This document shows positions 61,655-64,000 of a DNA stretch of 64,000 nt, one piece after another. This stretch comes from an uncultured candidate division Zixibacteria bacterium (GTDB lineage: Bacteria > Zixibacteria > MSB-5A5 > GN15 > PGXB01), in the NCBI GenBank assembly GCA_963702205.1, contig OY969724.1:96001-160000 (forward strand), read 5' to 3'. The position numbers were made by a program, and so were the translations under genes. The notes beneath the pieces are model-generated. The model was not told where the DNA came from. It did not search any database and saw nothing but the letters and a program-made list of their open reading frames with translations. How positions within the stretch are numbered: position 1 is the stretch's first letter; each line of letters starts with the position of its first letter.

Positions 61655-62538
61655 TTTCAATACCGGATCTCAAAACATCACTACTGTATCTTCTTTATGA
61701 GATAAAAGATACAGACCTAAAACTTATTGTCGGCGGCGGTTTTGGTATTTACCTAAAGACCAATTATGTACAGCAGGCAAAAATATCAACACTTTTAAAG
61801 GAATGGCCTGAACCACGTTCAACAAATGACATTGACCTTTTCCTGCGCCCCGAACTTCTGATTGAAACATCGAAACTAAGCCCCTTGTCTGAAGCTATCA
61901 CCAGACTGGGTTATGAGGTTGTTCCCGGGGCTGAAAAATACCAGTTTGTTAAGCCTGGACCGGGAGGGACTGATACTGGAAGCATCAAGATAGACATCCT
62001 GACCGGGCCACAGAGCAGTTTTAAAGGATCGAGCGTAAAGGTGGATGAGCGCAGGGCACGCCCCAGGCCTTCTGTCGGAATTCATGCTCATCCGGTGGAT
62101 GAGGCTGCTACTCTGGAAGCAGGACTGTTGTCTATTAAGTTAGAGGGGAACCTCAACTCCGGCAAATCCTTTCATGCAGATGTCTTTGTACCTCATCCTT
62201 ATACCTTCTCTATAATGAAGCTTTTTGCATTCAGAGACAGGCTCAACGATACTGACAAAGAATACGGCAGATATCACGCATTGGATATCTATACAATCAT
62301 AGCAACCACGGGGGATGAAGAGTGGCGATATGCGATTGAATTAAGAGATCAGCTGAAAGAACACCCATATGTGCAGGAGGCTGGACGAATTGTCCTGGAA
62401 TATTTTTCATCGCTGGAAGGCTTAGGGATAATCCGGTTGAGGGAAAGTCCTTACTACAAATCTAAACTGCAGCTCAATGACTTCATGTCAATCCTGCTGG
62501 AGTTGTTTCCTTCAGTGAATAAAAAACAAGGATCATGA
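61651..62538 (+). CDS. AbiEii-like nucleotidyltransferase toxin
   Basis: LIVGGGFG, RSTNDIDLFL, IDIL, MKLFAFRDR, HALDIY; ATGA overlap with the upstream gene. Confidence 0.65.
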   Translation: MISIPDLKTSLLYLLYEIKDTDLKLIVGGGFGIYLKTNYVQQAKISTLLKEWPEPRSTNDIDLFLRPELLIETSKLSPLSEAITRLGYEVVPGAEKYQFVKPGPGGTDTGSIKIDILTGPQSSFKGSSVKVDERRARPRPSVGIHAHPVDEAATLEAGLLSIKLEGNLNSGKSFHADVFVPHPYTFSIMKLFAFRDRLNDTDKEYGRYHALDIYTIIATTGDEEWRYAIELRDQLKEHPYVQEAGRIVLEYFSSLEGLGIIRLRESPYYKSKLQLNDFMSILLELFPSVNKKQGS

Positions 62539-62703
62539 ATCAACTGTTTAAAGAATCCGGATCATCTTCCATCTCCTGGCAAGGCTTGCCGTTCGGTTTG
62601 TGTAGTAATTTAAAATCGGTATAATATGAGACACCGAATTCAGATGGCGGATGATGATTTTTTCCGCCTGTCAGTATAAAATCTTTTCTCTGTGTGGGGT
62701 ATG

Positions 62704-62736
62704 AAAAATGGCTTAGAGGGCTATCCCTCTAAGCCA
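62704..62736 (-). terminator. Intrinsic terminator after the pseudo-tRNA
   Basis: tggcttagaggg/ccctctaagcca perfect 12-bp stem; T-run on the minus strand. Confidence 0.75.
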
Positions 62737-62746
62737 CTGAATTTTT

Positions 62747-62812
62747 TGGCTCCCCGAGACGGACTCGAACCATCGACAGGGTGGTTAATCACGCCAGCGG
62801 CGTGACTCTACC
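62747..62812 (-). pseudogene. tRNA-Asn-like 3' fragment with a 17-nt palindrome replacing the 5' anticodon arm
   Basis: Minus strand GGTAGAG-[TCACGCCGCTGGCGTGA]-TTAA CCACC CTGTC GATGG TTCGAGT CCGTC TCGGGGA GCCA. Confidence 0.8.
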
Positions 62813-63064
62813 CTATCGCGCTCTCTCAAGATATCTTGCAATCCCACGCCTTTTAATCTTTCTCTCAAGAATGGTGGCTTCGCTTTTGTCTCTGCATTCA
62901 AATGACCAAACGAGTTTCCACGGGCCTTTATATCTTTTTGTTGTCTTAGAAAGTTTGTATCCAGGGTCGTTATGTTGATCCAGACGTTGCTCTATATTGC
63001 TGCTTTGTCCGCAATAGTATCTTCCATTCGATCCACTTTGGATTATGTAAACCCATTGAGGCAT
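62813..63064 (-). CDS. Small GIY-YIG nuclease (UPF0213-like)
   Basis: WVYII..RYYCGQ, RLDQHN, TKRYKGPWKLV, EATILERKIK. Confidence 0.9.
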   Translation of the reverse strand: MPQWVYIIQSGSNGRYYCGQSSNIEQRLDQHNDPGYKLSKTTKRYKGPWKLVWSFECRDKSEATILERKIKRRGIARYLERAR

Positions 63065-63105
63065 GGTTTCCCAAATAAAAAAAGCCCATTCATACGAACA
63101 GGCTT

Positions 63106-63126
63106 TGAATTTTTTGGCTCCCCGAG
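63106..63126 (-). repeat. 21-bp direct repeat of the tRNA-Asn 3' end and trailer (other copy 62738-62758); candidate att site
   Basis: tgaattttttggctccccgag is identical at both positions. Confidence 0.85.
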
Positions 63127-63362
63127 TGCAACCCTTTTCATAACCGTTCTCGTTCTCCGGCTGTTAACCGAAAACCGTTTTCATTCAAAGAGTTATCAAA
63201 GATCATGTTGCTTCCTGCGGACCGGAAGCGGCGTCAAGATATATTGCCGTGAATTCACGGCGGATTCAAATCAGCGCATGTCGCCACCTGCCACAGTCCT
63301 GCCCATTCCATAAGTCAAGTAAAGCGACAGTAGGATAAAAGACCACCTGGATCATGTTGATG

Positions 63363-63941
63363 TCATGTCTCATTGGAATTCCGTTGACCAGCTTCCCACC
63401 TCTGGATTGCCCTCATGATATCGGCCGGTTTCCTGGAAGCCAGTACATCCTTCCGCCACTGATCATCCCTCGCCATCCTGCTGATCAGTCCAAGCATCTC
63501 TAAGTGGCTTTCCGGCGGATCAAAGGGAGATAGCAGTAGCATCATGATTCGAACCTTCCGCCCAGTCCCTTGTTCTTGGATGCCCCCTCTGCCGATGCCA
63601 ATTGCCATTAGGGGTCGAGACAAACCCGCTATTCTCGCATGGGGAATCGCCACGTCCTCGCCCACGAACGTCCCACCTTGTTGTTCACGTTCGAGAACGG
63701 ATTCCCATGCGGATTCCTTTAACTTCTTGCCGACACCGCGACAGGAATCAAGCAGACGCCTTATCGCCTCCTCCTTTTCAATCGGCTCTTCCCAAACCAG
63801 GGCGGTCGTCCTCGAAAGGGCCGCATCGCTTTCCAGATCGAAGTCCTTGCGTTTCTGAGAACCGCTATGTATTTCATCAGCCGGAGGCATCAGCTTCAAG
63901 AGTTGGCCGTTCCTCCCGCATGGCCTTGGTGTCCAGAACAA
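63363..63941 (-). CDS. PTS EIIA(Fru/Ntr)-domain protein; start uncertain
   Basis: VLEREQQGGTFVGEDVAIPHARI, HLEMLGLISR. Confidence 0.8.
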   Translation of the reverse strand: MFWTPRPCGRNGQLLKLMPPADEIHSGSQKRKDFDLESDAALSRTTALVWEEPIEKEEAIRRLLDSCRGVGKKLKESAWESVLEREQQGGTFVGEDVAIPHARIAGLSRPLMAIGIGRGGIQEQGTGRKVRIMMLLLSPFDPPESHLEMLGLISRMARDDQWRKDVLASRKPADIMRAIQRWEAGQRNSNET

Positions 63942-64000
63942 CGACGGTAATCCCTGCTCCTTCAGTAATTAGCCGCTCAACTATGCTTACTTCCCCCCGC
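63877..64000 (-). CDS. Probable 3' end of a gene continuing beyond the window
   Basis: Open frame ..SIVERLITEGAGITVVVLDTK..ADASG* running off the edge. Confidence 0.35.
   Translation of the reverse strand, partial: RGEVSIVERLITEGAGITVVVLDTKAMREERPTLEADASG

Noticed and set aside
62747..62812. Functional or intron-containing tRNA-Asn
   Set aside because: The 5' acceptor strand and 5' anticodon stem are absent, so the palindrome replaces sequence rather than interrupting it

Overview
A 64 kb chromosomal segment that looks like a sulfate-reducer-type deltaproteobacterium (Desulfobacterota), judged from complete tmcDCBA and hmcABCDEF electron-transfer operons. (1) 1-9365 is the distal end of an integron cassette array with about 10 attC sites and no intI in the window. 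Cassettes encode a QatD/TatD-like nuclease, a VapC-Phd pair, a Shedu (DUF4263)-like nuclease, an isochorismatase, an orphan HicB and a DUF2127 protein, and one cassette has no ORF. The array was invaded by two nested HUH/Y1 (RAYT-like) transposase elements (one with 19-bp terminal inverted repeats), an IS1380-family element inserted at an attC R' site, and an ORF-less non-IIC group II intron inserted in the top strand of an attC. (2) 9.4-60 kb is mostly core genes: sensors, DnaJ-like, rubrerythrin, glk, slyD, uup, tmc, hemW, lepA, tRNA-Pro and hmc. It also holds two unexplained modules: adenylate cyclase + MBL hydrolase + two MFS transporters, and a Tat-exported ModA-like protein + NapH-like protein + stand-alone NifB-like radical SAM enzyme. 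(3) 60.5-64 kb holds an AbiE-like type IV TA pair, a GIY-YIG gene bracketed by tRNA-Asn 3' ends (one a hairpin-interrupted pseudo-tRNA) and the probable edge of a tRNA-integrated island. Several 1-2 nt frameshifts, including two in lepA, suggest residual assembly errors. All family calls come from motif recognition by eye, not from database searches.
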